Source of the DNA: the human T2T-CHM13v2.0 reference genome, Homo sapiens
NCBI RefSeq assembly: GCF_009914755.1
Contig: NC_060934.1
DNA: 64,000 nucleotides
Direction: 5' to 3' (one strand)
Part shown: positions 26,514-42,388 of the stretch, piece after piece
Numbering within the stretch: the first letter of the stretch is position 1
Layout: every line of letters begins with the position of its first letter
Program-made: the position numbers and the translations under genes
Notes under the pieces: model-generated
The model's input: the letters and a program-made list of their open reading frames with translations, nothing else
What the model was told of the DNA's origin: nothing
Database searches by the model: none

Positions 26514-27199
26514 CTGTAAAGAATGTTTGAAAAATTGATTAGGACATGACAGAAGTTAAAAATAACTTCACCAGGAACCTCCTCCAGGCAGACACTGCTG
26601 ATTTGAAGGATGGATAGAAATGATCTCAAAGCCCTCTCCTAAATCAGCCACAGACCTGCTGCCAGCACAGTGAAACTGAGATGTCTTTGTAGTCAGAGCT
26701 GGCTGCTGCTTCAATGCAATCAGAGGCTCTTCTTCTAAATAGCTTCAGTAGCTCAATTACTTTTTGGCCTAATCCAGTGGAATGAGAATGCTCTATCTCT
26801 TTATAAATTCCATCAGCAGCATTATGTCCAGAGAAAATTTAGAGAAAAAAAAATGTCAACCACAAGCCAACCATGAAGAACTCAGCCGGGTCCCCCTTGT
26901 ATGGGCCACAAACATTGCTTGCACAAGCAGGAATCATAGTGTTATTCATTCCCGACGATCTCACAGTGCTTTCCCTGTCTATAAATACTTCCTGATTCTC
27001 AAGGCCAGGCACTTGGGTCTCCTCACCTATAACACAGAGGTAACAGTACTTTCCTTGCCTGGTTCACAGTTTGGTGGTAAGGATGGGACACGCAAGTGCT
27101 TTGTGAACTGTTGATGTTCAGGCCCAGGGACTGGGCAAGCCAGGCCTTGTCTTCCCCACCTTCCTCCTGTCATGCTGGGTGACCCAGAACAAGATAAGA

Positions 27200-28320
27200 C
27201 AGGCAGAGCCTGCCTCTTTCCCTGAGGGCTCCACTTTCTAAGCAGTGGACGGTGACAGGGAGGTAGTCTCTCATCAGCTATACCTGTAAATCTATCCTCC
27301 ATCTGACCCCTTCTCACCTCCCCACCTCCCCCAGGTCCAAGCCATGCCATGCTTAGGCCAAAGTGATGGCCTCTATTCAAAATATCAGAGTGATATTTTT
27401 TGTTTTTTAGAGACAGGGACTCACTCTGTCACCCAGGCTGGAGTACAGTGGTGCAATCACAGGTAACTGTAACCTCGAACTACTGGCCTCAATAGATAAA
27501 TCCTCCTGCCTCGGCCTCCTGAGTGGCTAGGACTACAGGTGTGCCACCATCCCCCGCTGATTTTGTCATTATTTTGTAGAGACAGAGTCTTGCTGTGTTG
27601 CCCAGGCTGGTCTCAAAGTCCCAGCCTCAAGTGATCCTCCAGCCTCGGACTCCCAAAGCGCTAGGATTATAGGCATGGGCCAGAGTGCCTGGCCTAGAAT
27701 GATATTTTAAACATGAATCAGACTGTGTCATGCTGTGGCTCAATGTATTCTCATTTGACTTAGCACAAAATATTTAGTTTTAATACTAAAATATATGTTT
27801 AATCAAATTCAACTTTTTTGGAGTAAATGTTATCACAGAGGAGAAAGTCCCTCACATATGTGACCCAAACTTCTCCCTCCACACACATCCCCTGCCAGCC
27901 CTGGCCCACTCTGCTCTACTGAGACCAGGCTTCCCGCTGTGCCTGGGAAACACTAGCTTCACAGCCTATGCACTTACTGCACCCTCAGCCTGCAATGCCC
28001 TTCCCAGGTGTTGTCATGGCTCCCATGCTTCATCCAGGTCTCTGCTCAAGTGCACTCCTCAGAGAGGCCTTCCTGACCCCGACTCCAAACAGTCCGCCAC
28101 ATCCCCACTATCACTCTTAACTCCCTACCTGCTCTCTCACCATGGATTCCAGTGTATTCCCTTATTTCTTTGTTGTCTATCTCCCCCTGGAAAGTAAGCC
28201 CCAGGAGGGCAGGAGCATGGCCTGTCTTGCTCCCCATCACATTCCCAGGCCCGGCTCAGTGCCTGGCACAGGTCACAGTTCAGCAGGCAGCAGGCATCAG
28301 GCAAGTGAACGAACACTGCA
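27200..28320 (+). mobile_element. L2 3' fragment interrupted by an AluJ
   Basis: L2-like cctcagagaggccttcctgacc, agggcagg and cagtgcctggcaca. Confidence 0.7.
27395..27694 (-). mobile_element. AluJ
   Basis: Diverged reverse Alu. Confidence 0.88.
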
Positions 28321-30452
28321 GAATGGGTCCAGGGCCTCCTTCCTCCTTGCTGTGCTCCCCCTGTTCCTGCAGGCTCACGAGGTCCTCCAGGGCAGCCAGC
28401 CTCTGAGGGTTGTGCCAGGGACATGGGCAGCCCCACCTCCTGGCCCCAGATCACCACCTTCCTCTCAGCTGAGCTGCTAAGGAGAAAGGCCAGTGTGCCC
28501 AGTGGAACCAAAGAGCAAATATCAGATGGTGGGGCAATTTATTGATGCAGATGGATAGATTTGTATATAAACAAGTTGTGCTTCCTGAGTAATAAAGCTA
28601 TAAAGTCTCCAGCCCACCAGGCTGCCTCCCAGCTTTACAGATGCAGGCAGTGGCCAGGAGTGGTTTTATTCAGCAACTCTAAACAGACTCTCTTTAGGGC
28701 TGGAGCCACTTTCACAGGTGCAAATGAATTATATCAGTTACGCTTACTCATTTCCAGGGTATATGTTTTCCCTGGGTAATTCTCCGCAAGTTCCCTTTTC
28801 CTCTCCCTCTCTTCCTCTCCTTTCTTCCTTTCTCTTTTCTGAGACAACCTCTGGGGCACGTTCAGTACTCAGGTCCCCAGCTAAAGGCAGAGTCAATCAT
28901 AGCAATCAAGGTCCAGGTGTTTCCCTTCCACTCCAACCATGTTCTCACAATAAAGGAAAAGGCACCCAAAGAGTGGCATATGCTTCATGGCTACCAAAGA
29001 AGGTCAGAGTTTAAGTAGCAAGATTCATGGGTTGGTCACTCCGGCCGGCTGCATTTGGGGAAGGGAAAGCAGCTATCCCTGCCTGTCCTGCCCACTCCTG
29101 CTTGGCCTCTTCCCCCACCTGCAGGGAACTGTGGGTGCCTCTCAGGGCAGGCAATGGGGCCACCTGGGGGAGTTGTTTTAACCAAGGGTCTTTCTTTGTC
29201 TCACTTTCCAGCCCTTTCTTTGAGTTATATGCCTGACTCTTTGAGTCCTGAGTTTGGAACTTGCCCCATAATAAGCATATTACATTATTTTTGGATAAAT
29301 CTTTTTTCTATTACACTTAGGACTATTTTAAAATTGAGATCAGACTATGGAATGTTCTTGGGAAAGATTTTTCTTCTTCTTTGGTGTATGTTATGTCTGG
29401 AAGCCACCAATGGAACACACCAAAAAAATGACAGAACCCAGACCACAAGGCCATCACATATTCTTCCAGCAAATCACCTTGTGAGGGATTTCTATAATTT
29501 AAAAAAAAAAAAAAACTTACCATTTTTCTCAAATAATGATAGTATCTTTAAACCACTGGACAATTTATAAAGGACTCTCAATATCTATTACCTTACTTAA
29601 GGTATTGATACACCTGACTCAAAAATAACATCCTAAGATCCAACGTCTAAGTCTTAGACACTAGATTACAAGGTATTGACATGATACCACAATATCTTAA
29701 AAAATGATGACAAAAATATGAAGGAGAAATGGAGCAAAAAATTTCTCGTTTTTATATTAAAAACAGCAATGAAAGAATATTACAGTGATATGGCTTCAGA
29801 AAATATAATACACACCACTCAGTCTCCAGGAGAAAAAGTTTTGACGGCGTAACAGTGAAAATGAACACTTTCTTCTGAACCCACTCTATACAGTTTTAAT
29901 AACGAGTTTAAGCAAATTCAACTACTTTGGAGTAACAATACGTTACACAAAGTTTCCTAGTTCTTGTTTCTCCCTGGGAGCTGATGTGTATCTGTTTCCT
30001 AAATGTTTAATATTTTCTCCCACTATTTTAGGACGTGACCTGAGGGCCCCAGGGTTATTCTAGCCAAGCCACTCCCATCCCTGCCAAATAAGATGGCTGA
30101 CACAGCCAGGCGTAGGAGGATCCTAGTGGTCTTTAGAACATAAGCAGAAACTCCCCTTGAGCCCACCTCCCAGAGGAGGATTTTGGAGGCTGAGCCTGCA
30201 GACCTTATGTGTTTCTCACACCTGCTCCAGCCAAAAGGGCAGCTGGGGTGAGGGTCAGAAGGACGAGGAGGATGGAAAGCAGTACGCCCATGGCTCTGGA
30301 GCATGGGTCAGCACAGCAACCCTGGGATGAAAGTCTACTCCATCAGAACCATGAAGTGCCCAGAGTGAGGATATAAGGGGCTTTTTTTTTTTTTTTAACT
30401 TGGGCCATCATCTGTGGCAGCAACTTAATTATCTGTATATAAATCTCAGCTA

Positions 30453-30664
30453 GGCCAGGTGCGGTGGCTCACACCTTTAGGAGGCCGAAGCAGGCGAATT
30501 GCCTGAGCTCAGGAGTTCGAGACCAGCCTAGGCAACACGGTGAAACTCCTATCTCTACTAAAATCCAAAAAAAATTAGCCAGGTGCTGCAGCGTGTGCCT
30601 GTAATCCCAGCTACTTGGAAGGCTGAGGCAGTAGAATCGCTTGAACCTAGGAGGCAGAAGTTGC
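30453..30664 (+). mobile_element. 3'-truncated Alu
   Basis: Ends abruptly at gaggcagaagttgc. Confidence 0.88.
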
Positions 30665-32562
30665 TAAAACAAGACAGCCATAAGAAAAAAATCCTCATTG
30701 CTGATACAACCTTAGTAGGGTCATTTTCTCACACAGTAAGAACATTTTGATACTTTAATAAAACTACCTGTATGTGAGATAAAAATTGGAATAGAAAGGG
30801 GGATTACGTGAATTATTGAAAGCATCCAGACAGGAGAAGATGGTCTCCTCATAAAAATATTTTTCCTGTCTGAGAAGATGAGGTAGACATATTTTTCCCT
30901 GTTTCACCCAGTAAAACCAAAAACCCTGGACATTACATATAAAACAACATGAGAAGACTCTGACAGGGCAACGGAAGCCACACTGGCTAGGGACCCCACG
31001 TCCTGAGGACCACGATGGTGAGCTCCCAGGGTGTTCTTGTTTCCTTGGACATCCCAGACATGGAGCGGAGGGCAGCAACCTGGAAAGGGCAATGGGCACA
31101 GACAGAAGAAGTCTCAAGAGGAGCCTGCTGTATCTGACCAAATAACCAGAAAGGGGCAGCCCAGCAAAACACAACACATTGAAACAACACTATTCTCCAG
31201 CCAAATGCCAGAAAAGGCCAAGTGGGGGGTCCAGACTTCTAGTCTCACCAGGCTATGATGTGGTTCCCCAACTATCTCACTGGGGTAGATTCAGAGAAAG
31301 CCCAATAGAGAGTCCATATTTCATCCTTACCCAGCTGTAATGAAGAAAACCTAGGAGAGAATCAGGACTCTCACCACTGCTCAGCAGTGTCTAGGCCACC
31401 ACTCACCCATAAGGTGTCAGTGGAAGCCATATGGGGAGCCAGAACTCCCACCCCATCCAGCAGTAATGAGTGGCCCCAATGACCTCAGGTGTGACATAGG
31501 CAGAGTGGGGAAAGTGGACTTTCTACCCCCACCTGTCAGTAATGAGGCAGCATCCCCAATCCCATATCTGAGAGGAAGCCAGTGAATACAGAAGGTTTTA
31601 ATGCGATCCAGAATCTAATAACATAGTAACAAGAATGTTCAAGATTCAGTTGAAAAATCACATCTCTCAGAAGAACCAGGAAGATCTCAAACTGTAAATA
31701 AGACAATAAAGAGATGCCAACACCAAGATGACAGAGATGTTGGGATTATCTAACAAAGATGGTGACACAGTCATCATAAAAATGTTTCAATGAACAATTA
31801 TGAGCACATTTAAAACAAATAAAGTCTCAACAAACAGAAGATATAAAGAATGAAATGGAAATTCTAGAACTGACAAAATAACTGAAATAAAACCACAGTG
31901 GATACACTCAGCAGCAGCATGAAGGAGACAAAGGAAAGAATCAGTGAACTGGAAGGTGAATATTAGAAATTATACAATTTCAAGATCATAGAAAAATAGA
32001 ATGGGGAGAAAAAAAAGAAATGAAGAGCCTCACAAACCTATGGGAATATATAAAAGATCAAAAATTCATGTCAATGGAGTCTTGGAAGAAGAGAAAAAAG
32101 GTGGAACTAGAAAAGTACTAGAAGAAATCATGTCTGAAGGTGTCCTAAATTTGGCAAAAGACATAAAGAAGTGAAGTGAACAGGAAACAGGATAAACCTA
32201 AAAAAATCCACACCAAAACATATCATAGTAAATTTCTGAAAACTACAACAAAGAAAGAATTTCCAAAGCAGTAGGAGAAAAATGACGCCTTATCTAGAGG
32301 GGAAAACCAATTCAAAAGACAGCAGATTTCTTATCAGAATCCATAAAGAAAAGAAGGAAGTAGCACAATGCTTTCAGCTGCTGAAAGAAAAAAAACTGCC
32401 AGCCTAGCATTCTGTATCCAGTGGAAATATCCTTCAAGAATGAAGGAGAAATCAAGACATTCTCAGATACAGGGAAACTGAGAGCATTTATCTCTAGCAA
32501 AGCTACCCTAACAATGTTTAAAGGAAGTTCTCTAAATAGACGAAAAAAAATAAAAGAAGGAA

Positions 32563-32820
32563 CCAGCCAGGCATGGTGGCTCACCTGAGGTGAGGAGTTC
32601 AAGACCAGCCTGGCCAACATGGCAAAAACCTGTCTCTACTAAAAATACAAAAATTAGCTGGGCGTGGTGGCGGATGCCCGTTAATTCCAGCTACTCAAGA
32701 AGCTGAGGCATGACAATCACCTGAACCCGGGAGGTGGAGGTGGCAGTAAGCGGAGATCGCACCACAGTAGTCCAACCTGGGTGACAAGAGCGAGACTCTG
32801 TCTTAAAAAAAAAAAAAAAG
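32563..32820 (+). mobile_element. AluS with a left-arm deletion
   Basis: gtggctcacctgagg junction. Confidence 0.88.
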
Positions 32821-33734
32821 AAGGAATCTTGGAATATCGAGAATGAAAAAAGAACCCATAAGCAAAAATATGGGTTTAAAAAATACTTTCCCTCTCAATA
32901 TATTCTAACTCTTGTTGACAGGTAAAGCAAAAATTATAACACTGTCTGATGTGGTTCTAAGTGTATAAAAGGATCTATTTTAACTATATTGTAAGCAGGG
33001 GAGGGCAAAGGTTCACAAAGAGAAGCAAAGTTTCTATACTTCTTTGAACTCCTGAAATGATGACGCCAGTAAACTGTGATAAGTTATATATACACAATGT
33101 AATACCCAGATAACTACTGAAAAGGTTATACAAAGACATAGAATAAAAAACACTACAAATAAAAATGTTATTCTAAAAAAAATGATGTCAAATAACCCAC
33201 AGGAAAGCAGGAAAAAGAAAACAGAAATGGAAAACAGAAAACAAAATAAAATACCAGACTTAAGCCCTAACATATCAATCATCGCATTAATGTTCATCAT
33301 CTAAATAAACCAACTGAAAGACAGAAATGAACAGGGTAGATACAAAACAGTACATTTTAAAACATGACCCAAATACATGCTATCAACATAAAACTCATTT
33401 CCAATATTAATGTATAAGCAGGCTAAAAGTATAATGGTAGAGAACAATATATCATGCCAATATTAATCAAAAGAAAACAGGAGTGGCTATATTATTAATA
33501 ATATCTGATAAGTATACCTCTGAACAAGTAAATTTACCAGAGATGGAAATGGACATTATATAACCACAAAAGGGTTAACTCACCAACAGCTATAGCAATG
33601 TTAAATGTGTGTGCATCAAACAACAGAGCTTCAAAATATGTAAAGCAAAAACTGATAGAACTGAAAGGAAAAGAGACACATTCACAATTTTAGTTGAAGA
33701 CTTCTATACCCCTCTCTTAACAACTGATAGATCA

Positions 33735-34091
<357 letters not shown>

Positions 34092-35048
34092 TCAGAAATG
34101 AAAGAGACATTACAACTAATACCACAGAAATAAGGATAATAACAGACTACTATGAACAATTATATATTAACAAATTAGAAAACCTAGAAGAAATAGATAA
34201 ATTCCCAAAAACACAACCTACCAAGACTGAGTCATACAAAAATTAAAAATCTCTAAACAGACCTATAACTAGTAAGGAGGTTCAATCAGTAATCAAAAAC
34301 ATCCCAACAAAGAAAAGCCCAGAACCAGATGGCTTCACTGGTGAATTCTATCAAACAATTTTAAAAGAATTAAAACTAATCCTTCTCAAACTCTTCCAAA
34401 AAACTGAAGAGAGAATGCTTCCAAACTCATTCTATGAGGCCACTATTACCCTGATACCAAAACCAAAGATACTAAAAAAAAAAAAAAAAAAAGCTACAGA
34501 CTGATATTACTAATGAATATTGATGCAAAAATACTCAACAAACTACTAGCAAACCAAATTCAACAGCATATTAAAAGGATTAAACACCATGACCAAGTGG
34601 AATTTAATCCTGTAATGCAAGGATGTTTTAACATATAACAATCAATCAGTGTAACACATCACATTAACAGAATGAAGGACAAAAACTACAGTCATCTGAA
34701 TGCAGAAAAAGCATTTGACAAAATTTAACAAACTTTCATGATAAAAATACTCAACAAAACAGGAATGAAAGGAAATTACCTCCACATAATAAAGTCCATG
34801 TATGAAAAACCCACAGCTAACCTCTCACTCAAAATGAAAAACCAAAAGCTGTTCCTCTAAGATCAGCAGCAAGGCAAGAATGCCAACTTTTACCACCTCT
34901 TTTCAACATAGCATTGGAGGTCCTAATCAGAGACCTTAGGCAAGTCAAAGAAATAAAAGGCATCCAAATTGGGAAGGAAGAAGTAAAATTGTATCTGTTC
35001 AAAGATGCGATGATCGACTACACAGAAAACCCTAAAGATCCCCCCCCA

Positions 35049-35050
<2 letters not shown>

Positions 35051-35097
<47 letters not shown>
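35051..35097. repeat. (AC)n microsatellite
   Basis: Direct observation. Confidence 0.96.
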
Positions 35098-35099
<2 letters not shown>

Positions 35100-35849
35100 T
35101 GGAACTAATAAATGAATTCAGCATAGTTGCAAAATACAAAATCAACAAACAAAAAAGTTGTTTCTATACACTACCAATGAATAATCCAAAAAGAAAACTA
35201 AGAAAACAATCTTGTGTAATCATCAAAAAGAACAAAATACCTAATAAACTTAACCAAGGAGGTGAAAGACTTGTACACTGAATAGAGTACATTTTAAAAT
35301 TATAAAACATTTTAAAATGTTTAAAAATATAAAACATTGTTGAAAGAAACCAAAGAATGCACAAATAAACAAAAAGACATCTCATGTTCATGGACTGGAA
35401 GACCTAAGACTGTTAAAATATCTGTACTACCCAAAGCAATCTACATCTTCAATGCAATCACTATCAAAACCCTAATGGCATTTTTTGCAGATAAAAAAAC
35501 ATCATTGTAAAATTATATAAAATCTCAAAGGATCCTAAATAGCCAAAACAACCTTGAGAAGGAAAAACAAAAATGGAGGCCTCATACGTCCTTATTTCAA
35601 AACATTTTACAAAGCTACAGTAATCAAAACAGTATGGTACTAGCATAAGACAGATATAGAGACCAATGAAATAGAATAGAGAGCCCACAAATAAACCTTT
35701 GCATACACTGTCAAATGATCTTCAACAAGGGTGCCACAGCTACACAATGGTTAAAGAATAATTTCTTCAATGGTGTTGGAAAAACTGGATATTCACATGT
35801 AAAAGAATGAAGTTGGACCCTTACCTAACACCACATAAAAAAATAATTT

Positions 35850-36147
35850 GGCTGGAGACAGTGGCTCATGCCTGTAATCCCAGCACTTTGGGAGGCTGAG
35901 GCAGGCAGATCACTTGAGGTCAGGAGTTCAAGACCAGCCTGGCCAACACAGTGAAACTCCATCTCTACCAAAAACTACAAAAAAATTAGCCAGGAGTGGC
36001 AACGCAAGCCTGTAGTTCTAGATACTCAGGAGGCTAAGACCAAAGAATCACTTGAACCCAGGAGGTAGAAGTTGCAGTGAGCCAAGATCATGCCATTGCA
36101 CTCCAGCCCAGGCAACAGAATGAGACTTCATCTTAAAAAAAAAAAAA

Positions 36148-36207
<60 letters not shown>

Positions 36208-36212
36208 AAAAA
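35850..36212 (+). mobile_element. AluS with (GAAA)n tail
   Basis: Dimeric Alu; tetranucleotide repeat at ~36150-36207. Confidence 0.92.
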
Positions 36213-36286
36213 ATAATTCAAAATAGATTAAAGACCAACATAAGACCAGAAACTATAAATATAAAACTTCTAAAAGAAAACATAGG

Positions 36287-36421
36287 GGGTCAGGTGCTGT
36301 GGCTGACACCTGTAATCTCAGCACTTTGGGAGGCCAAGGTAGGAGAATCACTTGAGCCCAGAAGTTCGAGACCAGCCTGAGACCCTGTCTCTATTAAAAA
36401 ATAAAAATAAAAATAAAAAAA
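36287..36421 (+). mobile_element. Alu monomer (FLAM/AluJ left arm)
   Basis: Single arm plus A-rich tail. Confidence 0.8.
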
Positions 36422-37087
36422 GCTTCCTAACATTGAATTTGGTGATGATTTCTTGAATATGACACAAAAACACAAGCAACAAAAGCAAAAATAAACAAAT
36501 AGAACTACATCAAACTTTAAAATTTCTGTACCACAAAGGAAACAACAGAGTGAAAAGGCAACTTATGAAATAGAAAAAATATTTGCAAAACATACGTATA
36601 ATTAATATCCAGAATATATAAAAAAAAACTCCTACAACTCAACAAAAAACAAATAGCTCGATTAAAAAATGATCAAAGGATTTGAATAGACATTTAGCCA
36701 AAAATGATTAACAAGCATATGAAAAGATACTCAACATCACTAATCATTAAAGAAATGCAAATCAAAACCAAAATGAGATATCACCTCACATCTATTAAGA
36801 TGGCCACTATCAAAAAGACATAAAACAAATGTTGGTAAGGTTGTGGAGAAAATGGAGCCCTTGCGTATTGATGATGGGAATGTAAAATGGTGCAGCTGCT
36901 GTGGAAAACAGTATGGAGATTACTCAAAAAATTAAAAATTTACCATATGATCCAGCAATCCCACTTTTGATTATATACAAAAGAAATGAAGAAGGATCTC
37001 AAAGAGATATTTGCTCACCCATGTTCATTACAGCATTACTCACAATAGCCAGGAGGTGCAAGCAACCTAAACGTCCATAAAAACATG

Positions 37088-37437
37088 TGTATTCGTGTGT
37101 TTTCATGCCGCAGATAAAGATATACCCAAGACTGGGCAATTTACAGAGAAAGAGGTTTAATTGGACTTACAGTTCCACATGGCTGGGGTGGCCTCACAAT
37201 CATGGTGGAAGGAGGAGCAAGTCACATCTTACATGGATGGAGCAGGCAAAGAGAGAGAGAGCTGGTGAAGGGAGCTCCTCTTTTTAAAACCATCAGATCC
37301 TGTGAGACTTAATCACTATCATGAGAACAACATGGGAAAGATTTGACCCCATGATTCAATTACCTCACACTTCGTCCCTCCCACAACACGTGGAATTCAA
37401 GATGGGATCTCGGCGGGGACACAGACAAACCATATCA
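37088..37437 (-). mobile_element. Solo THE1 (MaLR) LTR
   Basis: TGTATT...CCATATCA, 350 bp; perfect TSD ACATG at 37083-37087 and 37438-37442. Confidence 0.93.
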
Positions 37438-37496
37438 ACATGAATAAAGAAAATGTGAAAAAAAAATGGGATATTATTCAGCCTTAAAAAAAGAAG

Positions 37497-37695
37497 GCCC
37501 CATCTCTACTAAAAAAATACCAAAAAAATTAGCCGGGCATGGTGGCACACGCCTGTAATCCCAGCTACTCGGGAGGCTGAGGCAGAGAATTGCTTAAACC
37601 TGGAGGGGCAGAGTTTGTAGTAAGCCAAGATCGCGCCACTGCACTCCAGCCTGGGGGACAGAGCGAGACTCTGTCTCAAAAAAAAGAAAAGAAGA
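37497..37695 (+). mobile_element. 5'-truncated Alu (linker plus right arm)
   Basis: Starts at ccccatctctacta. Confidence 0.88.
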
Positions 37696-39264
37696 AGGAA
37701 ATTCTGTCATATATTACAACATGGGAAAACCTTGAGGACATTATGGTAATTGAAAAAAGACAAATGCATGACTCCAATTATATGAGATATCTAAAGTAAT
37801 CAAACTTAGAAAGTATTATAGTGGTTGCTAGGGGCTTGAGAGATGGGGACTTTAAGGTGAGGTTGTTTTTCAATGGGTACAGAATTTCAGTTTTTCAGGA
37901 TAAAAAAGTTCTAGAGATGTGTTGCACAACAATGTACACATAGTAAACATTACAATACACTTAAAAACGTTTAAGATCATAAATTTCATGTTTTTTAACA
38001 CAATAAAAAAAGACAAACCCATAAAACAGAAAAAAAAGGAACAAACTATTGATACATAAACCTATCGATACAAAAACCTAAATAAATCTCCAGACAATAT
38101 ACTGAGTAGAAAAGCTAATCCCAGGTTACATACTGTATGATTCCATTAATATAACATTTTTGAAATAATAAAAATATAAAGAGTAGATAAGTAAGTTGCC
38201 AGGGGTTAAGGAGGATGAGGGAAAAGGAGGGAAGCGAGTGTGGCTATAAAAGAGCGACATGAGAAACCCTTGCAGAGATGGAAATGTTCAGTATCTTGAG
38301 TGTATTGATGTCAATATCCTAATTTTGTTACTATTGTGTTTTCAAGATGTTACCATTGAGGGAAATTGGTAAAGGGTATAGGGGATCTCTGTATTATTTC
38401 CTATAACTGCAAGTGAATCTACAATTATCTCAAAATAAAAATTTTAATTAATTTTAAGAAATATTTTCCCCAAATGGTGGAAGTTAAGTGCTAGCTGGAA
38501 ATAATGTAGAGGAATACTTGTTTTTTATGTAGGTGGGGGAAAGGAGGTAGGCGGACCCAGAAAAATCTTTCCTATCTCATATCCCAAGAAATGAGATGTC
38601 CCAGCCTGATTACCCCAATGTTCACCCAAAAACGCCATTCTGGGAAACCCTATGTAATCATTTTCAGAAGGGAAGCCTGGCCTGTGTGCTTCCTAAATTT
38701 TGGTCTTCAAAGGCACACATATTGGTCCTGCAATAAGAAACCAGAGGGGTAATTGTGGGCACCAGGAGAAGAGAGAGGAATGCCCGCACAGCAGAGCCAG
38801 TTTTCTGTGGGTGGCAGGCAGGTTTAGCTAGAGGGGCAAGCAGCCTTCATGATAGAGGTGTACTTCTGATTCAGCTCTGAAGAAGCCAGGGTTAACATCA
38901 TCCTTGTGATAATATCTGAATAGAAAATGATGCATCCCTTTATTTCCAGGGCAGCTGCTTAGAAATCTCCCTCATGAATGTTTGGGGGCAACACCTTACA
39001 ACACAATTTGGAAGAGCTATTATCTAGGGCCTAGTATGTTGGTTACAGGAGCTCTCCAATCATTCCTTGAAGAGAACACCACCACCCCATCAGTAAGCTG
39101 ATTAGCTGTGTGGGCTGGCTGAATTTAATGGGCAAGAAAGAAGTGTACCATAAGCCACAGCAAAGTCTTCTCCATTACATTTGTCTATGTGCTTCCACAC
39201 TTCTGTAGCCCCCAGTTCTCAGAAGTGATGGGGATGGAGTTCCTCATGGAAACTAAAGTTAGCA

Positions 39265-39500
39265 ATAATTAGCATTTACTGAGCACCTACCAGGGGCCAG
39301 GCACTGTGCTGAGTGCTCTGTGCACATCCCATTGCATTGTCTCAACAACCTGGTGGTAAAGAAGTTAGTATTATTTCCACCTTAGATCTCAGGAGACTGA
39401 GTTTCAGAGATGTTACATGGTTTTCCCAAGGTCACACAGCTAGTAAGAGGCAGAGCTGGAATTCAAGGCTCAGGCCCCTCTATCTACCAAGCCTTTAGGA
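39265..39500 (+). mobile_element. MIR
   Basis: cccaaggtcacacagctagtaag...gagctggaattc. Confidence 0.8.
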
Positions 39501-40902
39501 AGTATCAGGCAGTATCATATAAACAATGAAATCTGGGCTCTGAATTTTCTGATTTTGACCAGGGTCCCCTCAACTCAATTAAAAGAGAACAGAGGAAAGG
39601 TGCTAGCTTTCTGCTGAACTGACATTTTCTTCGCCCATCTGGTACACAGTAGGCACTCAATAAATGATTATGCTGAACTGACCTAGAGGAAAAAGGCCAC
39701 TGAGGACCTCCCCCTCCACTGTGTGCACTGGGAGGAAGGGCAGCAGAGAAACCCCCTCACCTGCCTTACCAGTTGGCAAGGCTATCTCTGTTCTTATCTG
39801 ACTGGGACACAGCTCTGTAAAGACCTACAAGACAGATAGCAACAGACACACCACAATACTTTCAAGTGCATAGGACAAAGAAATCCAGGGCAAGCCCCAG
39901 AGAATGGGTGATGACCTCAGATGCAAAGTATGTAGTGAGCCAATTCTGGAACTTCAGCGAATTTCACAGACTAAACAGTGGGAGGGAGCGAGCACTTGGG
40001 ACTTGTGCTGACTGAGCAAGCAAAGTTACCGGGTGACTGCTGGGCTCACAGGAGAATCTTTCTTTGTGGGAATGCACTAGAAATACACCAGCAAGCTGAG
40101 ATCCCCCCATACAAGCAGCATGGCCAGTTAGGCAGCTCCTCTGCCTTAGGCTGTTGGTTTTCCCACTGTTTCTGGGTTCAGCCTCAAAGAGTGCGGGGTG
40201 GAACAGAAACAGGACCCTCTCTGCTGAGAAAATCTGCAAAGAGACAAATTTTGATACTCGGCAACTACTGCAGCCAAAGAGTCTGGGCCAGGGGCTAGAG
40301 GAAAGGCTTACACAGCCACCTGGTAGTTTCAGACTCAGAGGAGGGAGCAGGCAGGGAACATGAGAGAAGAGAGACATTAATGAAGGAAAAATAGCCAAGG
40401 CCATACTAAAAATATTTCCCAGGCACATATTTCTCCCAATGCATAGCAGCTCTTTCAATTAAGGATGTGTCATTTCCTGGGTTACTAAGTCCAGATCATG
40501 GAATATTCCACTCTGGGACAGTAAAAGAGGGTCATGTTCTCAGCCTCCCCAGCACCAAAGCAGCTAAAAACAGGGATCACAGCCCCCCAGTGTTTCCACC
40601 ACTCCTGAGCTGCTTGGAAGCTTCCTCTCAGGGTGTGTCTGTGGAAAGCCTAGGGGGACCAGTATGACACCGTTTCTCAGGTATCTCAAATGTCCCCACA
40701 GTCGCCTGGAAGAGAATCATCATCTCAAGCCAGTAAGCCCTTGCAAGAACCAGAATTTGAGGGAAGAAGAAACATTGGTGGAGACTGCCTTGGTTACTAT
40801 GATAAATAGCCAGTAACCTTTAACATCTTCTAAAGCCAAAGTCACACAGAAAAAAGTCTGCCCTACCAGACTCAAAGAAATGTTAAAAGAAATCTTAGTG
40901 TC

Positions 40903-41210
<308 letters not shown>

Positions 41211-41559
41211 TCTTAGTGTCCTCTCAGTGTCAGGCACAGGGAACAGGGATGCACATGTCATGGGTGTCCAATGACATCTGTCTCTCTCTGGGGAGGGGAG
41301 GGGTGACTATATGCAAGGAATGCCCAAGGAGCCCTTGAGAGGTGTTGCTACAACAGCCCTTTCCAAACATTTAAGTAGTTTGGAACCTCTAGTATCTTAA
41401 CCTCTCTCAACCTGCATTTGAAGCCATTGGTTTGCAATTTAATTACCCTAAGAGTTGAGCAGGTTCTTGTTAAAGGTGAATTGGGGAGAAACTGAATGGC
41501 AAAGCGGGCTTCAGAGGCAATACAAAAATTGATGATTCCAAGTGGGAAAGGTTCTCAGA

Positions 41560-41860
41560 GCTAAGGCAAGTTTGAACCACACAGTGTTTTCCAACAAAAT
41601 TTAAATGTCACCAATAATTAAAAATCAGGAGATTTCCGAAAAAAAGAGGCTTTCCAACTTCTGTTTTAATGGAAATAATTAGCAGAAATGAGACCTGCAT
41701 GAGGCACGTGGCTGGAGCCAAGGAGCAGCGTCCCCTCCGGACCAGGAATGCACGCTCCAGCTGCCACCCCCACCCCCACCCAGCACCCTTGTTTACTCAG
41801 AGCTCTGCCTCAGTTCCTCATCCTGCCTGCCACTTTTGGGTATTTGAGTGGGCAATTCCT
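41560..41860. mobile_element. MER102-like hAT remnant
   Basis: aaaaatcaggagatttc...gtatttgagt; similar to 58170-58470. Confidence 0.5.
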
Positions 41861-42037
41861 AACCTAGTCCACCCACTTTACACCTACAGAGAATTGGCCC
41901 CATCTTTAACCCATCCTCAAACCCAGTTCCTTTGCTGGGATTCCCAGTGTTTCTGGATTCATCCTCAAAGAGCCTGAGATGGAGCAGACACTGGGCCCCT
42001 CTGCTGGCAAGATCCAGGAGACTCCAATAAAGACTCA

Positions 42038-42388
<351 letters not shown>

